Origin: an uncultured Acidobacteriota bacterium
GTDB lineage: Bacteria > Acidobacteriota > Terriglobia > Acidiferrales > UBA7541
Direction: 5' to 3'
Assembly: GCA_963780935.1 (NCBI GenBank)
Contig: CAWAEM010000004.1
Coordinates: forward strand, 816,402 to 880,401
DNA: 64,000 nucleotides
In this document: positions 35,815-45,011 of the stretch, piece by piece
Position numbering within the stretch: the stretch's first letter is position 1
How the letters are laid out: each line of letters begins with the position of its first letter
Position numbers and translations under genes: made by a program
Notes under the pieces: generated by a model
The model's input: only the letters and a program-made list of their open reading frames with translations
The model's database searches: none
What the model was told of the DNA's origin: nothing

Positions 35815-37485
35815 CTAAACTTTGGCCAAATATTGATGAATGAATTGCACGACCACCGCGCCTTCTCCCACGCCGGAAGCCACGCGCTTCACCGATCCGT
35901 GACGCACGTCGCCCACGACAAAAATGCCGGGAACGCTCGTTTCCAGAAGCCCCGGATCGCGCTCCTGCGTCCAGGTTTTTGGCGGTTTCCCGTCGACGAT
36001 CAAGTCCGGTCCGGAAAGCACAAAACCCAGATTGTCCCGCATCACCACGCCGTCCAGCCACTGCGTGCGCGGCTGCGCCCCGATAAAAATAAACAGGCTG
36101 GACGCCGGCGCTTGCTCCGTGGTTTTGCTGTCCGAATATTCAATCGAAATACATTCCAGCCGCTTCTCGCCATAAACGCCGGTCACGCTCGCGAATTTAC
36201 GCACTTCGATATTCGGGGTCTTTTCAATTTGCTCGATCAAATAGAAAGACATTGTGCTCGCCAAAGTCGCGCCGCGAATCAGCATCACCACTTTGGCCGC
36301 GAACTTCGAAAAATGCATCGCCGCTTGTCCGGCGGAGTTCGCGCCGCCTACGATATACACCGTCTCGCCCTTGCAAGACAACGCTTCCGAGCTGCCGCCT
36401 CCGTAATACACGCCGGCGCCTTGCAAACGGTCCATTCCCGGTACATCCAACGACCGCCATTGCACGCCCATTGCCAGCAACAGCGCATTGCAGGAAATCT
36501 CCGTGCCGTCCACCAGTTTTATATAGCGGTATGGTCCTTCGACGCGCACCCCAATCACTTCTTGCGGCGAAAGAATTTCCACGCCGAAGCGCTCCGCCTG
36601 CTGCACTGCGCGGCGTGCCAGATCGCTTCCGGAAAGGCCCACGGGAAATCCCAGGTAATTCTCAATTCGCGAACTCAAGCCCGCTTGGCCGCCCGGAGCT
36701 TCGCGCTCAATCATCACCGTACGCAACCCTTCGCTCGCGCCGTAAACTCCCGCAGCCAAACCAGCCGGCCCGCCGCCCACAATCGCGAGATCGTAAAAAT
36801 TCGCCTGCGCGTGCGTTTTCAATCCAATTTTGTCGGCAACCGCCGGTAGCGCCGGCTCGGCGAGCCGCACTCCATCCGGGAAAAGCATCACCGGTAATTG
36901 ATGCGTTTCCGGTCCCAGCGACTCCACCAGGCCTTTCACCTCCGGATCGGTTTGCGCGAGCTCGATATCGATCCATTGGTAAGGCACTTGATTGCGCGCC
37001 AGAAAATTTCGCAGCTCGTAAGAGCGGTTTGAATAGCGCGTGCCCAGCACGCGAATGCCTTCGTAGGGAGGCCGGAACGTGGAAGTCCAATCGTTCAGCA
37101 AATCGTCAAGCGCGGGGAAAAGTTTTTCCTCGGGAGGATCCCAAGGTTTCATCAGGTAATAATGAACGCGAGCTTCGTTGATCGCTTCAATCGCCGCGCT
37201 GGTATCCGCGTAGGCCGTCAGCAGCGCTCGCTTGGCCTGCGGATAAATTACCATCGCCTCAGCAAGCAAACCGACGCCATCCATCAGTGGCATGCGCTGA
37301 TCCACCAGGAGCAGCGCCACCGGGTTATTTCGTGCCTTGAGTTCGCGCAACGTATCCAGCGCCGCGCCTGGCGAATTTGCGCGCATCACGCGGTAATGCT
37401 CCGAATAGTGGCTGCGCAAATCACGCTCAATCGCACGCAACACTTCGGGATCGTCATCCACCGTCAACAAGACTGGCTTCGGCAT
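35815..37485 (-). CDS. Response-regulator receiver fused to a thioredoxin-reductase-like FAD oxidoreductase
   Basis: Receiver (TVDDDPE, LLVDQRMP, LTAY, MKPW); GGGPAGLAA FAD motif; ENYLGFP; VGGANSAG NAD(P)H motif; SVKRVASGVGEG. Confidence 0.9.
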   Translation of the reverse strand: MPKPVLLTVDDDPEVLRAIERDLRSHYSEHYRVMRANSPGAALDTLRELKARNNPVALLLVDQRMPLMDGVGLLAEAMVIYPQAKRALLTAYADTSAAIEAINEARVHYYLMKPWDPPEEKLFPALDDLLNDWTSTFRPPYEGIRVLGTRYSNRSYELRNFLARNQVPYQWIDIELAQTDPEVKGLVESLGPETHQLPVMLFPDGVRLAEPALPAVADKIGLKTHAQANFYDLAIVGGGPAGLAAGVYGASEGLRTVMIEREAPGGQAGLSSRIENYLGFPVGLSGSDLARRAVQQAERFGVEILSPQEVIGVRVEGPYRYIKLVDGTEISCNALLLAMGVQWRSLDVPGMDRLQGAGVYYGGGSSEALSCKGETVYIVGGANSAGQAAMHFSKFAAKVVMLIRGATLASTMSFYLIEQIEKTPNIEVRKFASVTGVYGEKRLECISIEYSDSKTTEQAPASSLFIFIGAQPRTQWLDGVVMRDNLGFVLSGPDLIVDGKPPKTWTQERDPGLLETSVPGIFVVGDVRHGSVKRVASGVGEGAVVVQFIHQYLAKV

Positions 37486-37632
37486 GTTCCTCAGATGCTC
37501 TGAACGTTGCTGGAGTTACTTAAGTTACTTGACTTTCGCGGCTCGCAAAACTCCCGCAACGCGCGGAATTCACGATGCAGGCTGCCACGCTCTTCTCGCG
37601 GCTAATTCGCTGCGCTACAATTCAGCCCCATC

Positions 37633-38232
37633 ATGCCTGCAATGGACCCTGATTGGCTCGAGGAACTTTGTTCCGACGGCGAACTGGAGCGCAGCATCGC
37701 CGCCGGAGAAATTCACCGTTGCGGGCGTACCCCGGCGCTGCTCGTCGTGCATTCCTGGCGAAAACAGCCGGACCTGGAAAGTCTTTTGCCGGATCCGGAC
37801 ATGAACGTCACCGTCGGCGTAGCCGTGCGGCCGGACACCTTCAAAGCGATTCGCGCCGCCGCCGGCATGCCGGAACTTGCTGATGTTCCTCCTGACCAGG
37901 ACGCCATCGAGTTTGAAATGAATTTCGCTAGCGGTGCCATGTTGGATATTTTAACAACGAAAGATCCATCCGGAACTGGCGCGATCGCGCGCTATCTGCA
38001 TAAATTTGGCGAAGGCGTCCAGCAAGTGGAGTTTCTTTGTACCGATGTTGACCGGGCGACAGCCGCCCTCAAGGCTCATTTCGCGCTATCGCCGGTGTAC
38101 CCCGAAACTCGTGCTGGAGCGAACGGCACGCGCATCAATTTCTTTCTTGTCGGCGTCGATGGAGAAAGCGGTCGTGAAAAACTCTTGATCGAACTCTACG
38201 AGAAACCAGAAAAGGGATCCGCAGTCCACTAA
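37633..38232 (+). CDS. VOC/glyoxalase-superfamily protein (methylmalonyl-CoA-epimerase-like C-terminal half)
   Basis: AIARYLHKFGEGVQQVEFLCTDVD...RINFF...LLIELYE; N-terminal half not recognised. Confidence 0.55.
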   Translation: MPAMDPDWLEELCSDGELERSIAAGEIHRCGRTPALLVVHSWRKQPDLESLLPDPDMNVTVGVAVRPDTFKAIRAAAGMPELADVPPDQDAIEFEMNFASGAMLDILTTKDPSGTGAIARYLHKFGEGVQQVEFLCTDVDRATAALKAHFALSPVYPETRAGANGTRINFFLVGVDGESGREKLLIELYEKPEKGSAVH

Positions 38233-40637
38233 TTGCGCAGCGGCTTGCCGGTTTTCAGCGTATAGGCGATGCGTTCTTGTGTTTTCTTCTCGCCGAGCAG
38301 CGAAACAAACGCCTCGCGCTCCAAATCGAGGACGTATTGTTCGCTCACCATTTGCGGCGCGCTCAACGCTCCGCCCGCTAAAATATTCGCCAGCTTGCGG
38401 CCGACATGCGCGTCGTAATCGGACGCATATCCGCCTCGCTGCAACATGTGAATCGCCAGTTTACCCGCAGCCAGAAATGATTCGCCGAGCACTTTGATTT
38501 GCGTGGTCTGCGCGCCTTCCTGCCAGCTCGCGGCCAGCGGTTTCCACCCGCCACGCACCAGGCTCAGCGCGGCCTGTTTCGCATCTCCCACGAGCCGCAT
38601 GCCGTTCATGGAGACGCCATCTTCGCGCCGCAAAAATCCCAGGTCGCGATTTTCTTCGGCGCTGGTCCCGACTTTCGCCATGGCAATCGATTCAAAAACG
38701 GGTCTCAAAGCGTGAAACAAGTCCAGTTCTTCACCACCAGCGGCATGCTCGTTCGCGCGAATCATCATCTCTTTCGTTCCGCCGCCGCCAGGAATGAGCC
38801 CCACACCGGCTTCTACAAGACCCATGTACGATTCCGCTGCCGCTTGAATGCGTGCTCCGTGCAAACTCACTTCGCACCCGCCGCCTAGCGCCATTCCCTG
38901 GGGGGCGACTACCACCGGTTTTCGCGCGTACTTGATCGCCAGATTCACGTTCTGAAATTGCTTCACCGCCATGTGCAGCTCGTCCCACTCCTGCTCTTGC
39001 GCGCCGACCAGCACCAGCATCAAGTTGGCGCCCACGGAAAAGTTCACAGCCTGGTTGGCGATCACCATCGCTGCAAAATCCGTTTCGAGCCGCTTCAATC
39101 CTTTGTGAATCATGCTGATCAAATCCGCACCGATGGCGTTCATCTTGGCGTGAAATTCGCAGCACACTACGCCATCGCCCAAATCGATCAAGCTCGCGCC
39201 CGAGTTGCGTTCCACCTCACGGCCGGCTTCTTTCAGCGATTTCAAAATAATTACGCCGCCCGGTTCCTGCAAGGTTCGCGGCCCTACAATGTCAAAAACA
39301 GTGGTAACTCCCTTTTCACTCTCGTAAAATCCCTTTCGCCCGCTCGCCAGCACCCGCTCGATCAACAACGGCAAAGGACGTTTCTCTTTTTCGACCTGCG
39401 CGGCAAATTCTTTCACGCCAATGGCGTCCATCATTTCAAAAGGACCAAGCTCCCAGCCAAATCCCCAGCGCATCGCGCGATCCACTTCCGCGACGTTGTC
39501 GGCGATTTCCGGAATGCGGCGCGCGGCATACAGGCAGGTCTCCGAGAGCGCCTGCCACAGAAATTGCTGCGCCTTGTCGCCCTTTTGCCCCTGCAAAATA
39601 GGGCCGACCAGAAAACGCAACCGCTCTTTCGTGTCTTCGATTCCCTTGCCAGCTTCGAGCGACGCGAATTTGGCTTTTTGCTTGGGCCGATACTCCATGG
39701 TTTTGACGTCCAGCGTCAAAATCTCGCGGGGACCTTCTTTGGTTTTCTTGTAAAATCCCTGGCCGGTTTTATCGCCCAGCCATCCGCGCTTAGCCATCTC
39801 TTCAAGAAGTGGCGGAACCTTGTAGCGCTCGCGCAATTCGTCATGGGGAGCAGTTTCGTAGATGTTTTTAACCACGTGCGTCAGCACGTCGAGGCCCACC
39901 AAATCCGCGGTGCGAAAGGTCGCCGACTTCGGCCAGCCAACCGCCGGACCGGTGCACGCGTCGATTTCTTCGACCGTCATGTCCAGCGCGTCCATCAACC
40001 GCAAAGCGTTGAGCATGGAAAATGTTCCGATGCGATTGGCGATGAAATTCGGCGTGTCTTTCGCCTCCACGACGCCCTTGCCGAGGCGGCGATCACAAAA
40101 TTCGCGCAGCGTTTCCAGCACGTCGCTGGAGGTCTTTGGACCGGGAATAATCTCCACCAGTTTCAAGTAGCGCGGCGGATTGAAAAAGTGCGTTCCGCAC
40201 CAGTGCTCTTGAAATTCATCGCTCATGCCTTCGGCGATTAAACGCACCGGCAGCCCGGAGGTGTTGGTGGTGACGATCGCGCCAGGTTTGCGAAATTGCG
40301 CGACGCGCTCAAGCAGCTGGCGCTTGATTTCCAGATTTTCCGCGACGACTTCGATGATCCAATCGGCCTCAGCCACGCGCGCCAAGTCGTCTTCGAAATT
40401 CCCGATGGCCACTTTTTCCGCGAGAGCGGCATTAAAAAATGCCGCCGGTTTCGATTTTTTAGCGGCCTCGAGGCCCGCACGCACGATTTTGTTGCGGTCC
40501 GGCGATCCTGGCGCGGCGCCTGCAGGAGCAACATCCAGCAAAACGCACGGCAAACCGGCGTTCGCAAAGTGTGCCGCGATGCGCGCGCCCATGGTTCCAG
40601 CCCCCAACACCACCGCTTTTTCAATGCGACGTTTCAT
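38229..40637 (-). CDS. 3-hydroxyacyl-CoA dehydrogenase / enoyl-CoA hydratase family protein (FadN-like)
   Basis: GAGTMG, IEVVAE, TTNTSG, GTHFFNPPRY, NFIANRIG; C-terminal crotonase fold (NFSVGANL, LGGGCE, GLVEAGVGLIPGGGG); start at ATG 40637. Confidence 0.92.
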   Translation of the reverse strand: MKRRIEKAVVLGAGTMGARIAAHFANAGLPCVLLDVAPAGAAPGSPDRNKIVRAGLEAAKKSKPAAFFNAALAEKVAIGNFEDDLARVAEADWIIEVVAENLEIKRQLLERVAQFRKPGAIVTTNTSGLPVRLIAEGMSDEFQEHWCGTHFFNPPRYLKLVEIIPGPKTSSDVLETLREFCDRRLGKGVVEAKDTPNFIANRIGTFSMLNALRLMDALDMTVEEIDACTGPAVGWPKSATFRTADLVGLDVLTHVVKNIYETAPHDELRERYKVPPLLEEMAKRGWLGDKTGQGFYKKTKEGPREILTLDVKTMEYRPKQKAKFASLEAGKGIEDTKERLRFLVGPILQGQKGDKAQQFLWQALSETCLYAARRIPEIADNVAEVDRAMRWGFGWELGPFEMMDAIGVKEFAAQVEKEKRPLPLLIERVLASGRKGFYESEKGVTTVFDIVGPRTLQEPGGVIILKSLKEAGREVERNSGASLIDLGDGVVCCEFHAKMNAIGADLISMIHKGLKRLETDFAAMVIANQAVNFSVGANLMLVLVGAQEQEWDELHMAVKQFQNVNLAIKYARKPVVVAPQGMALGGGCEVSLHGARIQAAAESYMGLVEAGVGLIPGGGGTKEMMIRANEHAAGGEELDLFHALRPVFESIAMAKVGTSAEENRDLGFLRREDGVSMNGMRLVGDAKQAALSLVRGGWKPLAASWQEGAQTTQIKVLGESFLAAGKLAIHMLQRGGYASDYDAHVGRKLANILAGGALSAPQMVSEQYVLDLEREAFVSLLGEKKTQERIAYTLKTGKPLRN

Positions 40638-40745
40638 GGCACCCTTTTTGGTTGGATTTGTACCGCAGGACAGGTTACAAAACCAGCATGCTGCGGTCAA
40701 ACCAGCCCACAAGCATGCGATAATCCCTACTAAAATTGAATTGCG

Positions 40746-41639
40746 ATGCCTGACCCTCCTTCCACGTCCGGCTGGCTCAGCGCTGCCGCGAATAGGCTGC
40801 GCGCGTTTGCGTATGGCGGGGAAAACGCCGCGCTAGTGAAACCCCCGCGCGTGGGCATTGCGCTCGCGGGCGGATTTGCGCGCGGAATTGCGCACATCGG
40901 CGTCTTGCGAGCGCTGCGCGCCGCCAAAATTCCGATCGATTTTGTCTCGGGAACCAGCGTGGGCGCGCTTATTGGCGCGGCTTACTGCGGCGGCACGACC
41001 CTCGAAGAGATGGAGCGCATCGGCATGGCCACGACGTTTGCGGATTTTGGCCGCTGGACGCCCTCCTGGATTGGGCTGGCCACAAATCAGCGCCTCGAGA
41101 AATACCTCGCGCGCTTCACGTCCGCTACAACTTTCGAGGAACTGCAAATCCCGCTGGCCATCGCTACTTCCGACCTGAACGCCGGCATCACCGTTTACTA
41201 TTCGCACGGACCGATCGCTCCGCCGCTGCGCGCTTCTTGCTCCTATCCCGGGCTGTTTGTGCCGATTCAATTTGATGGGCGCATGTTGGTCGATGGATTT
41301 CTGACGGCGCCGGTGCCGGTGGAGGGATGTTTTTTGCAGGGCGCGGACGTGGTCATCGCCGTTCATCTCGAACCCGGAAATCTGGAGCCGCCGCGCACCT
41401 TTACCGACGTTCTAAGCCGTTCCTTCAACATTATTCAACGCCATGCGGATGTGGCCTGGCGCCAGCAAGCGGATGTGGTGATCGAGCCGGATGTGGAGAA
41501 ATTTGTGTGGGATGATTTTTCGAAGACGCTGGAGATGGTGGCGGCGGGAGAAGCCGCGGCGCTGGCGGCGATTCCGCAGATTCGCGCGGCAATTGCGAAC
41601 TTTGTGGACAAGTCCGCGGAAAAGCCGGTAGAAAAATAG
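40746..41639 (+). CDS. Patatin-like phospholipase
   Basis: GGFARGIAHIG, GTSVG nucleophile, LVDGF (DGG-like). Confidence 0.9.
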   Translation: MPDPPSTSGWLSAAANRLRAFAYGGENAALVKPPRVGIALAGGFARGIAHIGVLRALRAAKIPIDFVSGTSVGALIGAAYCGGTTLEEMERIGMATTFADFGRWTPSWIGLATNQRLEKYLARFTSATTFEELQIPLAIATSDLNAGITVYYSHGPIAPPLRASCSYPGLFVPIQFDGRMLVDGFLTAPVPVEGCFLQGADVVIAVHLEPGNLEPPRTFTDVLSRSFNIIQRHADVAWRQQADVVIEPDVEKFVWDDFSKTLEMVAAGEAAALAAIPQIRAAIANFVDKSAEKPVEK

Positions 41640-41691
41640 TTGCGCATCGAGCGCCGCTCATTCGCAAGAATACAAGTTTACGGGAATCGAT

Positions 41692-41955
41692 TCAGCTTTC
41701 TTTTGTCACACTTACAACCACCGGCTGACCTTCGCCTTTACCGCGCTGCGTCAACCAAGCGCCCAAACCTTCGGCGAAACGCTCTGGTGTTAAGCGAAAG
41801 CTGGCCTCCACACGGCCATCGGCGATCGGCAAGGTGTCGTCAAAATCGGCGCTATTCGTGAAATTGCGCATGCAAAAAGAATCGAGCCAGTCCAACGGGC
41901 AATCGCGCCGTTGCCCGCGAATTTCGAGTTCTACGTGAAATTTCTGCGCGTACAC
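41692..41955 (-). CDS. Small hypothetical protein (87 aa)
   Basis: Globular-looking sequence (CPLDWLDSFCMRNFTNSADFDDTLP), 15 bp downstream of the methyltransferase on the same strand. Confidence 0.65.
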   Translation of the reverse strand: MYAQKFHVELEIRGQRRDCPLDWLDSFCMRNFTNSADFDDTLPIADGRVEASFRLTPERFAEGLGAWLTQRGKGEGQPVVVSVTKES

Positions 41956-41970
41956 GATGTCCGCTCGTTT

Positions 41971-42708
41971 TTATCTCGCAGGAATCTCATCGATACGCAC
42001 GGCTACCTGCGTGCCAATGCGGATGAATGCGAGGTACGTGAATTTTACGTTGCGTTCTTCGACAAATTCCATCCAGGCTTTGTATTCGTGCCAGAGCCAG
42101 TCTGGATAATTGTAATACTCGTCAAAGACGATGACGGTGCCGGGGCGGAAGCGGTCACCCAAAAAATGAAAAATCTCTCTGGTGGCGCTGTACAAATCGC
42201 AATCGACGTGCAGGAAGGAGACGGCCTCGGTCTTGTTTTCGGCGGAAAACCTGGGCAGCGTTTCGGAATAAAAACCCTTCACCAAAGAGACATTTTTTCG
42301 GACTTTCGGCAATTTCCCGCCGACGTCAAACGCGCCTTTTTTTGATTCAATGGTCCACTGCTCCGGCAAGCCTTCGAAGGAGTCAAACCCCCAAATGGTG
42401 CGGTCGGGCGCAAGCTTGGCGAGCATATTGATGGAGTCGCCTTTGTAAACGCCGAATTCCATGTTGAGCCCGCCGGGAATTTGCGCGGATTGTTCGAGGC
42501 AAGCCGCAAATAAATCGCGGCGCGATTTGTAGATGGCGGCGTGGCGCAGATGTTCGGATTCAAAATCCGAAGAGCTGATGGCGGCGCGCACCGCGGGAAC
42601 CAGATCGGTACCCTGCAGCACGATCTCCAGGCTTTTTTCGATATATCTCCGCGCCAGCTTGCGAACAAACTCGTTCACGCTGGCGGTCATTTCGCGCGCC
42701 CAAATCAA
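41971..42708 (-). CDS. TylF/MycF-like class I SAM methyltransferase
   Basis: MEFGVYKG, GFDSFEGLP, LHVDCDLY, VFDEY; alternative start 42690. Confidence 0.85.
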   Translation of the reverse strand: MIWAREMTASVNEFVRKLARRYIEKSLEIVLQGTDLVPAVRAAISSSDFESEHLRHAAIYKSRRDLFAACLEQSAQIPGGLNMEFGVYKGDSINMLAKLAPDRTIWGFDSFEGLPEQWTIESKKGAFDVGGKLPKVRKNVSLVKGFYSETLPRFSAENKTEAVSFLHVDCDLYSATREIFHFLGDRFRPGTVIVFDEYYNYPDWLWHEYKAWMEFVEERNVKFTYLAFIRIGTQVAVRIDEIPAR

Positions 42709-42839
42709 AAGGTTCTCCCCTGCGGCACTTCGAACACGTACAACTCCGGGCTTTCGCTCCGGGCATCGAGCAAAAAAAACTTTCCGTGAGAGTGTACCTC
42801 AAGCAAGAGAGGAAAGCGTCGGAAGCGAACTTGCTTCAC

Positions 42840-43568
42840 TTAGTCAGGCGATTGCGCACCGTGGCGGTTCTGCAAATGCATTTTGGAGAGCAGCGAGTGC
42901 GGGCCACTCGGGAAAAATTCCAGCACCACGTTGCCGCCCATGTACGCGAGCAAGCTGTAGTTGCCCTGCCGGAAAGCGTCTTTCTCGCTGTACCTGCCCG
43001 GATACCACGCCGCCACCGCGACTGAAGTTCCCACGTAGGGCGCAATGAGCGAGGGCACGGAAAACACGCGGTGGCCGTCTTCGCCGCGGCGACCCGTCAG
43101 TGTGGAGATCATGGCGTGGCGCAAGCGCGGGAAAAACCCCGTGCATTCGCAGCGGTAATACAAAGTGTCTTCTCGCAATAATGCCGCCAAGCCAAAGCGC
43201 GTGGTGGTGGTGATGGCACCGATCCCGTAATTTGAACCCCAGCGGCGCTCGAAACCGCTAAAACCCTGGCCCCACTCCGGAACGACGTTGTCTGCTTGGT
43301 TGATCCCCGCGACGAGCGCGGAACCGACAATGGGAAAAGGTCCGTAGGCGTCAAACAGATAATTCACGAGTTTGATTTTCTCCGTAGGCCGCTGGTAGCC
43401 GGTAACCACTTTCGCTTTGGGGGATTCCGGCTTGGTGGAGTCTTGGGTGGTGGCCTGGCCCATCGCGGAGCCGCCAATCGCCAGCGTGGCGATCGCCAAA
43501 ATCGCCCAGCGCGAGGCAGACCGGCAGGCCATGCTCGGGGACACTTCGCGTACACAAACTGCTGTCAT
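42840..43568 (-). CDS. Exported or membrane hypothetical protein
   Basis: AGGAGAG RBS; signal-like WAILAIATLAIGGSAMG; EWGQGFSGFERRWG...EDTLYYRCECTGFFPRLRHA. Confidence 0.7.
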   Translation of the reverse strand: MTAVCVREVSPSMACRSASRWAILAIATLAIGGSAMGQATTQDSTKPESPKAKVVTGYQRPTEKIKLVNYLFDAYGPFPIVGSALVAGINQADNVVPEWGQGFSGFERRWGSNYGIGAITTTTRFGLAALLREDTLYYRCECTGFFPRLRHAMISTLTGRRGEDGHRVFSVPSLIAPYVGTSVAVAAWYPGRYSEKDAFRQGNYSLLAYMGGNVVLEFFPSGPHSLLSKMHLQNRHGAQSPD

Positions 43569-43792
43569 CGTTCTCTCCTGAAAACGTGAAAATTGCTGGA
43601 CAAACCTGAAAATGCCGCTCAGCGGGCGGCAGGGTCCGACAAGCCTAACATGCCTTCCGGCGCAACCTCCTGCGGTATTCCCTGTATTTCAGGGACATTT
43701 CGCCATTAACGCCGCAGGATGTTCAGCGAGGAACCGATGCTGCTGGCGGACCGGCGGCGCCAATTATTTACTCTAAATCCTTACGTAGGGCC

Positions 43793-44938
43793 TCAGACCT
43801 GGCCGAGGAATTCGCCGAGGAGCATGTGGAAATGGTGCACGCCATTTTCTCGTTTCACGGAATAACGGCCACGATCGTAAGTAGCCGAGCGCAGGCCTTT
43901 TTGCACGTGGCTACAGAGCAGGATGTCTTCCTGTTGCACTTCATCGCTGAAGGCAATGGCGCGGGCGATGCGCGCCTGATTGTCCGGCGATGTGACGTCT
44001 TGAAAAAACCATTCAAAGATGGTCAGCGTTTTATCCTCCGAAAGCGGAACGATCAGGTTCGTGGAAATATTGTCGGGATAAATGTTGAGCATCAGGTTTG
44101 GAAAAATCCAAAAGTATAGCGCTTCTTGTAGGCCGCCTTTTGCCGGAGCGTAAAAGCGTTCCCCGCAGTCGTTTTCTTTCATGGCGCGGATCGGGGCGAA
44201 TTGCTGGGAATGATAACGAAAGGTATCGGTGCGATAGTTGGCGTAGTCAATTTCTTTCATCAATCCGGGATGCGCGATGGGAATGTGGTAGCCCTCGAGA
44301 TAGTTGTCGACGTACACCTTCCAATTGCAAGCGATGACGTAATCGCGGCGTTCGGCAGATTGTAATCCTGCAAATTCAAATCCCGCAGCCTGTTCGGGAA
44401 TTTGTCCAAGAAATTTGCTAAGCGGCGGAGCGTCGGAATCGAAATTCACGAAGATAAATTGTTCCCAGGTTTCGACGCGCAGTGGCACCATGCCCATGCC
44501 GCTGCGATCGAAGAATTCCACGCCCTCGATATCGGGCGTGCCGATCAACCTGCCGTCGAGCGCATACGTCCAGCCGTGATACTGACAACGCAGAACGTTT
44601 TTGCATCCGCTGCCCAGCGCAATGGGGCCAGCGCGGTGGCGGCAAACGTTGCTGAAAGCCCGCAACGCGCCCTGTTTATCGCGCACCACGACGACCGGCT
44701 CGCCGGCGATTTCCGCGGTGAAATAGCTCTCTGCATCAGAGATCGTTCGCGGAGCGCCGTTCACCTCGCCGCAAGGCTGAGCGAGGGTGCCAACCAGTTG
44801 CCAAGTGCGACGGAAGATTCTGGCGCGTTCGATGGCGAGAATCGCGGGGTCGGTGTAAAAACGTGAGGCCAGCGTTTGCGCGCATTCGATCTGTTCGTGT
44901 ACGTCAAGATGCAAGGGCTTGCTGATCATAAAATCCAA
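43793..44938 (-). CDS. Rieske non-heme iron oxygenase alpha subunit (choline-monooxygenase-like)
   Basis: NVCRHR and CQYHGW Rieske ligands; NWKVYVDNYLEGYHIPIAHP and a late EDIL Asp for mononuclear Fe. Confidence 0.9.
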   Translation of the reverse strand: MDFMISKPLHLDVHEQIECAQTLASRFYTDPAILAIERARIFRRTWQLVGTLAQPCGEVNGAPRTISDAESYFTAEIAGEPVVVVRDKQGALRAFSNVCRHRAGPIALGSGCKNVLRCQYHGWTYALDGRLIGTPDIEGVEFFDRSGMGMVPLRVETWEQFIFVNFDSDAPPLSKFLGQIPEQAAGFEFAGLQSAERRDYVIACNWKVYVDNYLEGYHIPIAHPGLMKEIDYANYRTDTFRYHSQQFAPIRAMKENDCGERFYAPAKGGLQEALYFWIFPNLMLNIYPDNISTNLIVPLSEDKTLTIFEWFFQDVTSPDNQARIARAIAFSDEVQQEDILLCSHVQKGLRSATYDRGRYSVKRENGVHHFHMLLGEFLGQV

Positions 44939-45011
44939 TTCGCGCGGTGGCGGCCGCTAAGCGATGGAAGCGGTCCATGGTGAAAGCGGCGTCAAGCCGC
45001 CGCACCCCAAA

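Noticed and set aside
41603-41636. Cluster of DnaA-box-like words (TGTGGACAA, CGCGGAAAA)
   Set aside because: Inside the patatin coding end, with one or two mismatches and no AT-rich unwinding element; too weak to call oriC
43640-43735. Nested hairpins (CCTGCGG/CCGCAGG, TCCCTG/CAGGGA) upstream of the 42840-43568 gene as a riboswitch
   Set aside because: No match to any riboswitch consensus I can recognise; could be an ordinary terminator or leader fold
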